DNA of 64,000 bases, taken from the NCBI GenBank assembly GCA_964276515.1, contig OZ193909.1:15562001-15626000 (forward strand), in the 5' to 3' direction. Numbering within the stretch: position 1 is the first letter of the stretch; each line of letters opens with the position of its first letter. Made by a program: the position numbers and the translations under genes. A model generated the notes under the pieces. It saw only the letters and a list, made by a program, of their open reading frames with translations. It was not told the origin of the DNA and did no database searches. Origin of the DNA: Gordius albopunctatus. Lineage: Eukaryota. This document shows positions 32,875-45,870 of this stretch, one piece after another.

Positions 32875-35800
32875 TTATGTTTTGTTGATTATAGAGCATT
32901 TGTCAAATTTATTATTTTGTCGAGCCATGTATTTGTCAAACTGCAATTTCCAATCGACTATATACTTCGTTTTCCAATCGTGAAATTGAGTCTTCCATTG
33001 GATTTCGGCTTCGCTCAAATCCTCTAAAATTTTGATTTAAAAATCGTTTATTAAAGAATACATAAATTGCATAGCAATTAAAATAATCGAATTGAGTAAA
33101 TATTTATGGTAAATTTAAATTCGGGATATTAGAGAAAACTATGCCCTAAAGAGTCATTATCTCATATTTAGATAATGAATCTTGAAATTCAATATTTAAA
33201 ACTCCATTAAAACTCCTTCATATTTTTAGTAATAATCTTTACACAAATAATAACAATACTAAAATTAAATGAAATTAATGGAAACAAAGGGCGGAAAAAA
33301 AATAATTTTACCAAAACGCAAATTTTTATAGAAACTTTATCCAAGTAAATAAAGGCATTTTTATGTATTAATAATAGGTTTTAATAATTTTTTAGTCGTT
33401 TTATATTTTAAGAATGTTATATTTAAGAGCATTAAATTTAGATAAAATTGTAAAATGTTTTTATTACAAAAAAAACAAATTTTTTAAATTATGAGCTATA
33501 AAGAAACCTGTTGCTGTAACTAAATCTGGGATGTATTCGCTCCAAAAGGCGCATTGTTTGATCCTCGGTCCCTTGCCAATTTCATGAGAGTCAACGGATA
33601 ATCTAATATATTCTCTGTTATGTTTTGTATGTAGAGGCCATTGCACATCTGACCATACTCCTTTATCGTCTATGTTGGGATTTCTAAGCAAACATATTAT
33701 TATTAATTTAAATTGCTATCGAACAATGAAACTTTTGCGATTAAGAAATGTATCCATAATTTTTAGGTTAAGAAGAAATACTGACTCACAATTTTAGTAA
33801 AGAATCAAAAATTTTATTGGTGAGATACGCGCTATAATATATCATTTTGAAAATTACAGTGTATTCAACTAAAACCGAGTCATAACTTTAAAATATAGCC
33901 TATTTAAAAAACTTTTTAACATATTTAATTTGTTCAACTCATTGCACGATATTACGATTAGCTTGTTAAATATGAAATATCAAACACATTAGTCAAAATA
34001 TTTGAAACAGTTTAACTGACCAGGGTCAAATTAATACGACACCAGAATCGATTTTATATGCATTTCAAATTTTCAACTTTATAGTAAGGGATCCAATTTT
34101 TTAATAACTATAAACGCATAAGGATCATTAATATGCTATGTGACAGAACTACATTAATGCGACAAAGGAAAGCGTCTGTTAAGCGTTTTGGAATATATTC
34201 AAAAAAGCGATGTTATAACTAAGAAAATTTGCTCTTACTTAAATTCAATCAAAATTTTTGCTATCGATATTCAATAATTACAATTTTTTATATAATTCGT
34301 CACCTTTAATTGTAAATCAGTTTCAGTTAAAAGTCCTTGTTTAAAAATGCATTGGAGAGGTGAAAAGTCATGGTTTTTAAACTATATTCCAAACTGCCCA
34401 AAATATATTTTAAATTTTTCAACGTTAATTCTGAAATTATTATTTCAAATTTCAGCCTATACGCGTTCGACATGAATACAATTTTGGGAAATTAACGCTT
34501 GATCTAAACATCTTGCTTAAGAAAGGCCCAGCAAAGTTCTTAATTTTGATGCAATTAGTCCATTTTTATTTTAAACACAAAATAATAGATTCCAACAAAA
34601 CCAAATTATAATTTTAACCGGAATTTAATCTGATCTCAAAAGAAATATAATCCAAGTAATTTAAGGTTATTTACATGTAGGCTTAAAGAGAGACAAGGTC
34701 ACACCTTCTAAAATTTAAAGATTAATTACTATCACTATGATTAACTCAAAACCGGAACTTAAATTTATACGAATGTTGACATTTGATGCGCAATTTAAGT
34801 TAGGTCTTGTCTTAATATCGGATTTTGCTGCGCAGCAAAAATCGTCATACGGGTTATAACATAGCCCCGTGTCTAAACTTGGAATTCACAGCAGCAGATT
34901 TTCATTTCGGACGCATAATATAAGAGCGATTAATCTCAAGAGTTGAAAAAAATAAAAAAAGGGATTTAAATATCAAAAAACAAAATATTAATAATTGCAA
35001 CAGAGTCTGACACATGAAATTGAATCATAGGATATTTGATAAAGATGAATTCGCGCCATTTGAATCTGAATCCGATATGAAGACAAGCCCTTATATGGCG
35101 CACATAATAAAGTTCTCTCTTAAAATTGATTGTATAAAAAGTAGTAGTTTCGTGGGTTTGGAAGGAACTACAGAAGGTTCGGGAAAAGGGGTAAGTATGA
35201 AGGGCGAGTCGATGATTTTTGGAACTTTAACCATAATTTTATTAAAAATTAAAGAGTTTTAGGATTTAAGAAAGAGGGTTTGTCTCCCACTGACTACTCC
35301 CATAACTATTTCTATCTAACACCCTTCCAATCACCGAATCGGGCCGGTTCGAGCTACATGTCATGTTTGCTCCAAGTCTCAAACCAAATTTCTTCTATTT
35401 TAACATGCATCATCGAATTAATTATTATTATCTTATCAGTGAATTGAGGCATCCTCGTTCAAAAGCCTAACTTATTGATTAAATTACCAACCGATTTGAT
35501 TTATTTAACCGATGCGCCTTTTATTTTGCAGATTGTTAAAACCTATTATCGCTCCTTTACAAAACCAAAGGGTCAAATTGAATTGATTCATGTTATCATA
35601 TAAAATTATTTAATGCATATATCATAACAACAAATCAGATGAAAATGTTAATTGCCATGCATGGGGATGGATGACAGGAGGTTAGGGTCCATCCTTTTCT
35701 TAAAAAAGGGTTCGATTCGCAATAAGTACACTTTTTGTAATAATTAAAAACAAACTTAATATTTTGGGAAAAATTCAAAAATTAAAATAAATTATTTTCT

Positions 35801-38800
35801 TTCACAATTAGTCCCCAATTTTAATCTCCCGGCCCATTCTAATATTTACAAAATTATTTTACAGAGCTTGTGTGGCCTTAATTTAAATTGATTAAAAAAT
35901 TTAATAATTTATATACATTATAGTCAGTATGAAAATTAAATTTCAAATCTTTAATTTGTGCTTGAAGATATTAATTAATTATTAAATTGCATTAGCTAAT
36001 TATATGGATATCAATTAGCCTAAATTTTATCTTATAAATTAAACTAAATTTCCACTTCAGGATTTACTATCTACTACGATTTATGACATTTTTAATTAAC
36101 TAAATTTTTAATTAAATTAATTACTTTGTATAAGGAAAAATGTTGTTTTGGTAAAATTTTAATCGGGTTTTTTGCCATGTGCGATAAAATCATGTTTGTC
36201 GAACTAAATTTTTCAATTTTTTACTTTCAACTACTCTATAATTTAATTAAGGAATCGCCTACAAAGTTTAGACTTTGTATGATTGAATGAAAGTGATCCT
36301 TTGTGAAATAAGGCTGCGTGACAATTGAGAATCTTATCGTTTGTGATAAAATAGGTTTGGGAAAAATATAAACTAGCATATACTTGACACTACTAACATT
36401 TCACTTTTGAGTGAGAAATCTATATGTAGCAGTTTGCAATTTTTCAAAGGAGATTTTAAAATTGCTATTTTATCGATAAATTTGAAAGTCTTTCATCATA
36501 GATGCTTACAATTAATTAAAATTTTCTATTTTTATGGCAAATTTAAGGAAAATCGGGGAATAAAAATTGAAAGTTGAGCCTTTCAAGAACTAATTTTTAT
36601 TTGAAATCCTCATCCACTCTTCCCTTTTTAAAGAACAAAAATTTAATGGTTGTCCCTTTTAAAAAAACATAAAAAGTGTTCTTAATAAACCATCTATGTT
36701 TTGTTCTTACAATGTTCTAATGCATGGACGTAGTCAGCATTGGAGTTAGAGGGGGGGCAATTATGATTTAGGTAGGGGCTAAATGATTTCAACATTTTTG
36801 GATTTAGAGGGGGATAGCCACCCCTCCTTGCCCCCCCCCTTGGGTAGGCCCATGCTCTAACGTTATTAAGTTACTATTTAATCTTATTATCAAACGTTTC
36901 TAAAAGAGAGAAAATTATTCATTACTCCACATTAAAACATATTAAACAAAGGTGTTATCATAATTGATGCCAATTTTGATAATAAAACATTTAAGATTTA
37001 GTTTCGAAAATTTTTTACCCAGTCTTAGCGAAATTGGTCCAAAAGCGCATTACCGTGACGCTCAGCTCCATTTCCTCTGGTTTGTATTCTTTATGAGGCA
37101 CGAGCGGTTCCCCAAAAACGAAATTTATTTCGTCGGCATGCATGACACCCATCCAAACTGGCCAGGGGTTTCGGGATGAGCGTTGCGTAAAATAATATTT
37201 GTAAACGGGTATTCCGGCTTCGGCGTAAGCCAACGCTACCTATTTCATAAACATCAATATCGAATTTAGTGTGAAAATCTGCATTTCTTTTCAATTTAAC
37301 TTCGGATGCGTAACAAATTTGTAACTTTGACACATATTATATCAGCGATTCCGATTATACCGGAATGTGTGTAGCTCGTTGACATTAGTAAGGACTCAAG
37401 AGCAATAAGCTTATTATAAAATTTTTTTTTATTAATGTAAATCTTTATTAGGTGAAGTCTATATATAATAAAAATATAAAGCACGATCAATAAATAGATA
37501 AAAGGCGTGGCTACTCTTCAAAATAAGCTTATTATAAAATTGTCTTTATAGCACATGTTTATGTAGGCTTTAAGGAAGGCAAAAGTACGGTAATAAGGCA
37601 TGCTCAAATTCAGCTAATTTATTTTAGACGGTAACCTTAGTTTCCTGTTCATCCTTATTAATAATTTATTACTAATCTGGTTTTTAAAAAAAGTGACCCC
37701 CCAATGGTTAAGCTAATATTTCATATTAGTTCTCAATAGTCGATCAAGACATTAATTAAATTTAGCCAAAATTACATCAACCAAAAATAAGGACGCAATT
37801 AACACCCAAATATCTTGTTGATCCTGTATATTCTTATTAAATATTTAAGTAAATAGGCTAAAAAATATTCTGACCCTTAGTATTTATAAGCATAATAAGA
37901 GAAAAAATGTAATTACCTACCTCATTAACACCACAAGTGAAGTAAAAATCACCGACGCTCTTGTCGAAAGCTTCAAGCGCTGCTACCGATTTATCTTGCG
38001 CCTGGGATGATTCCCAATCAGTATACTCGAATGCTATAGCCCTATGCCCTAACCGATTAAATTGGGGGAAGAGGTCGGGTAACGCTTTAACGTAAGCGCT
38101 CATGTCAACTTCTACACTCTTATCCAGCGGTAAAAATAGGTTGGGTAATTGGTAAATGTTAAAGTAAGTTCCCTCATCTTTGTTAGAGCCGGCCATGAGC
38201 GCGAAGCCAGGGCTCTTTTTAAAACGGCGTTTACGTAATAGCTCGCGAGGGTGTTCCTCGAACCAAATACCATCTACTACGGGTACGAATGGAAATTTCA
38301 TGTATTCCGTAGTTACCCAATCGTGGGTAACTATGTCCCATGGGTCTGCCGACCTCAGGCATTCGATAATAGCTTTGAAACCGCTGCTGTCGGCAGTAGT
38401 AATGCTTTGGGTGCTCGTAGGACAATCCAAACCTTGGGCCAGTCTCAAGCCACGTTTAAGGGCTTCGGGAGGTAGGATGGTAGACCAATAGTTTGTGGCT
38501 GTGCCGCTTTGTAATACGGCGCGATCGAAATACCTCCAACTGCCTGGAGACAGGAGGTGCATGTCTACGCTGGCGGACCCTGCGCTTTCACCAAACAGCG
38601 TCGTCCGACCCGGGTCGCCCCCGAATTCGGCCACGTTATCGTGGATCCACTGCATCGCTAATCTTTGATCGTAAAGGCCTGCATTTCCCGGTGCTTGGGA
38701 GGAGTCCAAATATAAAAAACCCAACGAACCGACCCTATAATTCATGGATGCAACTATGACGCCATTTTGCGAAGCTAGCATCGCGCCGTCGTAAACGTCG

Positions 38801-39411
38801 AGTGAGGCGGTCCCACTGTAAAAACCACCCCCGAAAATCCAAATCATAGTGGCCAAGGGTTGATTGGGAAGTGGGTAGGGGACCCAGAGATTTAAGTAGA
38901 GGCAATCTTCACTCAGTGGTGTGTTCGGGTTCCACATCTGACTGCCCGTGAAATTACCGAATAACGTATCGAAAATTTGATAACACGAATGAGCGAAACG
39001 AGTTGCATTAACGACCCCGACCCAAGGCTCGATGGGGAGAGGATGCTTAAATCTTAAATCGCCTACGGGTGCTTTAGCGAAAGGAATCCCCAAAAATGCG
39101 ACCACCGGTTTTAGTGTGGGAGTTAGCAATCGTACCCCTTGAATCCTACCCTTGCTAGTTTTTACCGTGAAATCATCTTCTATAATGCTGGCGACCGATA
39201 ATATTTTCAAACTTAATAATAGGAATATTATCCATTTGAGGGAATTTTTAAAGGTATTTGGTTTGAAATAATTGAGAGGTGTCCGGGATATATCGTTAAC
39301 ACCGGTTTTGTCACATTTATGGGATTCAATGAGTCTGTCATAATTCATCCAAGGCCATAACGACGTGTTTACGAATTTAAGGCCACCGGACATTTTATCC
39401 ATGTATTGCAT
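32875..39411 (-). CDS. ace-1: Acetylcholinesterase (ace-1 type) with C-terminal WAT/T peptide; coding exons 39411 (first ATG; exon acceptor at 39481)-37921, 37239-37019, 33683-33508, 33023-32875
   Basis: FLGIPFA, MWNPN, SEDCLYLN, WIFGGGFYSG, FGESAG (Ser), NKDEGTYF (Glu), GVMHADE (His), CAFW; last exon EDLSEAEIQWKTQFHDWKTKYIVDWKLQFDKY..C. Splice phases are consistent. The true start is uncertain because the frame is open to the acceptor at 39481. Confidence 0.95.
36723..36854 (+). mobile_element. CATRGGCGTAGCC-family MITE copy (diverged)
   Basis: CATGGACGTAGTCAG...TGGGTAGGCCCATG; degenerate TSD TTCTAATG/CTCTAACG. Confidence 0.7.
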
Positions 39412-41049
39412 TTGAATTGAAGGATGTGAGTTGATGAAGTTCTTGACATATGACGTCTGGAATTTGGTCAAATTATCAAACCTGACAAATTTATCAAAAA
39501 CACATTAACAACTTTTTATGATTTCAGTTTGTAAGCCACATGTAAAAATCGTCAATAAAAAAACTCGGAATAATTAATGTGAAGCGTAAGTGTTATCATA
39601 AAGTAGCATGATTTTAGGCCATCTGATGGAAGGGTCAGATAACGATTATCTAAAAATGTCTTGCATAACAAGGTGGAGTAAGGGGCAAGATGAGAATTTT
39701 TTGTAAATTGGAAAAAATCAATCACCTCCAATAGTGAATTTGTCCAATAAAAATTATAGTGTTTCAAGGTAGATTTCAATTTTATATAAATCAGTTAGGT
39801 GTAAATTAAAAATTAACCCTATAATTAACATTTTCAATACGATTCTGAGAAAAAAACTAATCCTTATTTAATACTTCATATCATAGTAACTGGAACTTAA
39901 CAGATTGTGAGAGAGAGAAAAATATCCCCTCCTTGCAGTTAAATAAATCCCAAGGATAATTGTTACGTAATACCTCTCTATCTTAAGACTTAACTAACGT
40001 TTCTTAGGCTAAGCTAGGAGGCTAAATCAATAGATTTGTAAGAAAATTGAATCGCTTTTTCTTCCTTTTTTTCCCATCAAATCTTATTTCGTAATTTAGT
40101 ATTTATGCCTTTTAGCTGGTCATACTATACTGACTGGTAAAAGGGGACAAATTTGTAATTACTTTGCCAATATCTTACCGTAAACACCAGCCCCGGTCAT
40201 AAAATTAGCCTCATTTTTAGGAAAGCATAGCGCTAAAAAGGTAGTTAAATTATGACATCAATAATAAAACAATAACTTTGAAATACATGTCGTAATTTTA
40301 TTAAGTAATAGTAAAATTAAAAAAAATTGTAACCTTTAAAAATATATTTATTATACACTAACGTGCAGAAGTGAAGAGTATATTTGAAGCTCTCTATTTG
40401 AATATTTATATGCTTTTTAAATTTTAAAATTGAATGAGGAAAATCCTAATATATATAAGAAATTGAAGTTACCGTTTCAAAATTTACAGATCAGGAATGG
40501 CGATTTTGGAATAAGTCAAAATTCACTTTAGGCATAACAGCAAATTTTCCCTTGAAGAATGCCTTATTCCATTATAATGCAAGAATTCAATCTCATAATT
40601 GTTATTTATTATTTGGAATTTAGGGGTAGTTAGTAGAGGTAAATCAAAATATATGGAACACGCGTGGCTGCAGCGGTCAAAAGTTGGTAAGTTTAAAGCT
40701 TATCATAGAAGGGGGGGGAGAGCATGCAAGATATGAAACAGTTGTTACAAATAAAACCATTTTAAAAGCTTTTTTTGCCAATTTTATTATAAATGTTTTA
40801 CCAGTTTCGATATTAAATTGATAAATCAGTCGATATTAAATTTGCCAAAACAAAATTACTTCAGGCGCTATAAAGAGTGAATTAGCATTATACCTTTTTT
40901 ACATTGTAAGTAATATATAGTTTTTGCAACCAATCAAAAGTCTGAAAATCAATTTAGATGCGCTTACAATACGAATATTTAATTCCTTTAAGTACGTTGT
41001 GAATTTTTAAAATTATAATTTAATCAACGTACTATTTAAAACTTCAACT

Positions 41050-41200
41050 CATGGGCGTAGCCAGGGGGTGGCAGGGAAGGGCGGCTGCCCCCCTCTAAAT
41101 CCAAAAATTTGCGATAATTTATTAAAATTATGACTAAAATTTCAAAAAAAGATCATTTTTCCCCTTCCTAAATCATTTTTGCCCTCCCCCCTCTAAATGC
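41050..41200 (-). mobile_element. CATRGGCGTAGCC-family MITE copy (one end truncated)
   Basis: Reverse complement of the 19716/21858 copies. Confidence 0.7.
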
Positions 41201-42526
41201 TTCCACTCATTAATTAGTAAAAAGCTTGTTTTTAGTCCAAACAAGATTAGGCATTTTATGAAAAAGTGAAGTATAAGAGAGCATAAAATACAATTTCAAC
41301 TAAAAATAATTATAAAATATTACTTTAAAGAAATCTAAAATAAACGAGTATTTTCATTTATCTAAAACATTTAAATATAATATCATGAAGCATATACCTG
41401 CCACTAATAGCTATCATGCATTCCTTGTGGGATAATTAAAAGGATGATTTTGTCATCATCATTTAAAAGTATAGGCTGTTTAAGGTAGTCCTATGGATTT
41501 ATGGTAGAACAATTATCGTATTGGAGAAATAATGCACCAAGGTGAATGTTATGATGAAAAAGATATAAATATTGCCTCGCTGTTGGCTGTACGCAAAGAT
41601 TAACAAAACTTTCCCACGCACGAAATTTATCTTATAAAAATATAATTTGTGTGCTTTAGTGATTTCAACACGTTTTAAGGGTAATTTGCGCGACGATTAA
41701 GTTGCAATTATCATTTTACCCACCGGAAAATTTATCTTAAACCAAATTTATGACCGAAAGGAAATTTAAAAATGGATAAATAACTTCTCGAAATGTGAGA
41801 ATTAAAATTTTAGACTCATAGAAGGGAACATTTGGTTTCTAGAATTAAAATTATTTGTAAAATGCGGGGGGGCGGGGGTTTAATAAATACGTTATAAGAC
41901 GGGAAAATCAATTAAGATATTAACTGGGGATTTGTTACATTAATTGACTTTCATATGTGAATGTGTATGAAACGGTATCACATAATATAATATTGGATAT
42001 TTGATAATCTTCATGAATTATTCATCGTGTAATTGTTTTTGTTGTAAAATATTTAATCCACGAAATTTTTTAATTTTAATTTAGTTTTCAGAATTCAGAG
42101 CTAAAGTTGGAAAAAAAGGCAAGTGTAAAAATTTTATTAATAAGTTATAATATTATCTTGAAAAATAAAAATTTTATTTTTATTAAGTAATTCAAGCTAG
42201 CGATTGTCTTTTACAATGGCTTCAATTAATATATTAAAGCGCCTATATAAAATTACATACGAAATCTTTTCAAAGTTTTAACTAGCTTTGAAATTAAAAA
42301 AAAATCCTTTCTTTATTGGTCATGAATTTGCCATTGCTAAAACAAAACCAGACCCCCCCCCTTTCAAATCACAATGAACAAAATAGAGATTGATTATATT
42401 TAAATTAAAAGTGCATAGCAATTAATGTGTTGGTGATAGTCATTCAAATACAGGTTTATACATAATATTTGAAAAGCTTACATAGTGCTTCGCCTTGAAT
42501 TGGAATAAATGACTTGGATGTGTCGA

Positions 42527-42689
42527 TAAAATAATTCAAAAATAAATCAAATGTTGAAACAATATTTTTTTATCTTTATTAAAATAATTCAAAAATAAAT
42601 CAAATGTTGAAACAATATTTTTTTATCTTTATTAAAATAATTCAAAAATAAATCAAATGTTGAAACAATATTTTTTTTTATCTTTATTT
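42527..42689. repeat. Tandem repeat, about 53-bp unit x3
   Basis: TAAAATAATTCAAAAATAAATCAAATGTTGAAACAATATTTTTTTATCTTTAT repeated three times. Confidence 0.9.
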
Positions 42690-43582
42690 TCAAACCCTAA
42701 GTTAACAACGACCCGTATAAACCCATAATTACTCACACTTCCTTTAAAGCAAGTTCGACAATAGCTATCACATCATCCTATCCTATTATTGCGTGAAGGT
42801 ATGTTTTTGCTTTTAAAACAGTCACCACACCCACAAAAATCATAATTGTTTCGCTTTTTGCATATGAGCAACTCACCTATATTGCGAATGCCAAACTTAT
42901 GAGTGGACTTTGAAATTTTCTCAAGGTATGAGCTTTTTAGCTCACAATTTATAGTTTAAGGCCAAACTTTTAGAAAACTAACTGGAATTTGTCAATTAAT
43001 TTTCAAATTTATACATTTAAAACGAGGTTATTTTATTGCTATATTTTATTCTTAATCAAATGATCATTAATCCAGGTTAAATTTAAACATGACAGTAAAT
43101 AGAAGGGGTAATAATTTTGAAACTTGCAAATGATAAATATTTTAAAATGTGTTATATGTTGAAGCAAAATGCAATTATTAATAAATAAATAATTTTATCC
43201 AATTATATAGGTGCACCGAAATTGTTACGATAGGGTGCCAGCTAGACCCAATAATAACAAAGTAATTGATCTTGAAAACATAATTTCTGCATTACCATTG
43301 TTACGCAATTACGGAGGGCGTGACGATAGTAGTAAATAGCGTCAACTTGTATTCCTTAAATGATTACTTGACTGTACGTGCCTTTTGAAAAAGAATGCAC
43401 TTGTTATGTAATGTGGTGACATTCGTCATAAGTCTATTGAACTAATAATGGTCGCCGTATTAATTAAAAGTCGCCACGCGGGAACTTTCCTAACTGTCAA
43501 GTGAAGTGATTAGACCCAAAAAATGGGTTAAGATCATTTATGCTACTACGATATCAATGGTCAAGCCAGGAAAATGGTTATT

Positions 43583-43760
43583 GTTAGGCGTAGCCAAGGG
43601 GGGGGGGGTGGCAGGGAAGGGCGGCTGCCCCCCTTTTAATCCAAAAATTTGTTGAAATTTATTAAAATTATGGTTAAATTTTCAAAAAATGATCATTTCG
43701 ACCCTAACCCTTAAATCATTATTGCCCCCCCTCTAATTCGAATGCTGGCTAGGGCCTATG
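43583..43760 (-). mobile_element. CATRGGCGTAGCC-family MITE copy
   Basis: Reverse complement closely matches 27870-28020. Confidence 0.8.
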
Positions 43761-45735
43761 TAGTTAATAAAGTTAAATTAAAAAAGTATTATTTTGCTTC
43801 AATCCAAATATTTTACTTCTTTTAAGCCAATATTTAGTTACCCACTAATGTTTCCTAGAAGTCGCTATATTTTTATTTCTTATGTCAATAATGCATTCTA
43901 ATATGCTATTCAAACGTAGGCCAGCTCCTTAATTTAAATTTTGCTCATAACATAGTCCAAGGAATCGATTGCAAAAATAGGCATGTCAAATCCAAACAAA
44001 ACACTTAAATAAGCTAATTTAGTGATTTCAAAGTCCAAACTTTAAATTCATTAAAGTGGGACACAATCCCAATATCATAGAATACTTAAAGATCGTGCGA
44101 AACAGCAAAGTGACATAAATTTGTAAATATTATTCGCAAATACACAGGATTGTAATATATAAAATGAATAGAGTTTAAAGCTAACGGAAAGAACGTTATA
44201 TAGGGAAATAGTCGTCAGTGATTATTACAATAATTTATAACATTGCTTTTTCCGCATTCTTTTTGTTTGTTTGGCCGCCTAAAAGAAAGCCGACATTGTA
44301 TCCAATACATAAATAATCAAAAAATACGTGCGTCAGATATTAATGAACGGTGGTTGTGGAATTAATGATATAATTCCAATCTATAACGGTTACCGTAAAA
44401 AGAGATTACATAGCGGGGGCTTTAAAATAAATTAAGGGTGATTCCCTTTTCCTAGATTAAAATTAGGATAAAATATGTTTTTAAAAATTGTTTTTAACCA
44501 CTTAAATCCCATAATTTTTAATTGTAATTTACTTTCTTGACAAGGATGTAATTTGAAATTCATTCAACTCATGCTCTTTGACAAATTTAGTTTTAAAAAA
44601 ATAATCAAGGTATTAATTTTTTACACTCTAGTTGTATAAATTTTATATTTTGCCCCTCCCTAATTGAACTTTTAAACGTCTTGCCCTTTATTATTATAGA
44701 TGTTTGAGTGAGACGAACCTTTTTTAGAATTAATGCTGTTAACTAATTATATGCAATTTAGAAACATTGATAAAATAAGTTTTTTTTATTATTAAACTAG
44801 CCATGTAACTAACAAAAGTTAATTTTTATAAATTCATTTTTTAGAGTGCTAGCTGAAATATTTTATGCCCTTATAAATGAATAATTTCGCAAAATTAATG
44901 GGATTCAATCTAAATATCATTAGCTTCAAACTCATCTTGAATACCAATTATTTCTATTACTGTTAATGCAAATCAGATTAATACAAGCAGATAAGTGACT
45001 ATTAAACATTCGTTCGCCTTTATAAAATAGATTTTATAGGATTTAAAAATTGGTAAAAGATTCAAATCCGCCCCACGACGTGAATAAAATTAACATACAT
45101 TTAGGCGTGATTACAGGATAATTTTGGTAATTAATGCGTTTTGCATTAATTGAATTAATTATTTATGCATCAAGAACCATCAAAACTCATTTTAAAATTT
45201 AGAGTGCAGCCGAGATTTTAATTAATTGCTATGCATTTTAAGGGCCCACTTTTGGTTGTCCGGCCATCCGTGTTGTCCAACTTTTAATTTATAATAAGTA
45301 ATGTTATCTTGGTTTTTAAAAGCTGTGAACTTATGCTTCTTTAAAAGACTTTTATTTTGCTTTCGCATATAGACTACCTGACCGCGTTTTTGTGCCCAAT
45401 TACTCCATTTATATTGTAGTAATAAATCTAGGTTCAAGTTTTCCAAAAAATTTAAAATCAATAAATGACCAATAAAGAAGTTTCCAAGGCAATATAAAAA
45501 AAACTAGAAATTCCATAAATATGAAACAATTAAGAAAAAATAAAATTGCTTTAAAAAGTTTTATTTTAAAATAAAAGCGAAACATTTTTATTTTTATTTA
45601 ATCGATCAAATTTCAAAACTAAAATTATGAACGAAGATTTTAATGCCGTTGCGACTATTAATATTTTAATAAGACACATTGATTATAAAAATAATTTAAT
45701 CAGACTTGTTTGATTAGGCAAAGCATAGGGAAAGA

Positions 45736-45870
45736 TATGGGCGTAACCAGGGGGTGGCAAAGAGGGGCGGCTGCCCCCCTCTAAATCTAAAATCTCTTTA
45801 TTTAATATAAGTGTGGCTAAAATTTCAAAAATTATCAATTTGCCCCCCTTCAATCTTGGTTGCGCACATG
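45736..45870 (-). mobile_element. CATRGGCGTAGCC-family MITE copy with 8-bp TSD
   Basis: TATGGGCGTAACCAG...TGGTTGCGCACATG; TSD GGGAAAGA on both sides. Confidence 0.8.

Noticed and set aside
38180..38759. ORFs antisense to or overlapping the AChE exon, and similar ORFs over the WASP proline-rich exon
   Set aside because: Shadow frames of GC-richer coding sequence.
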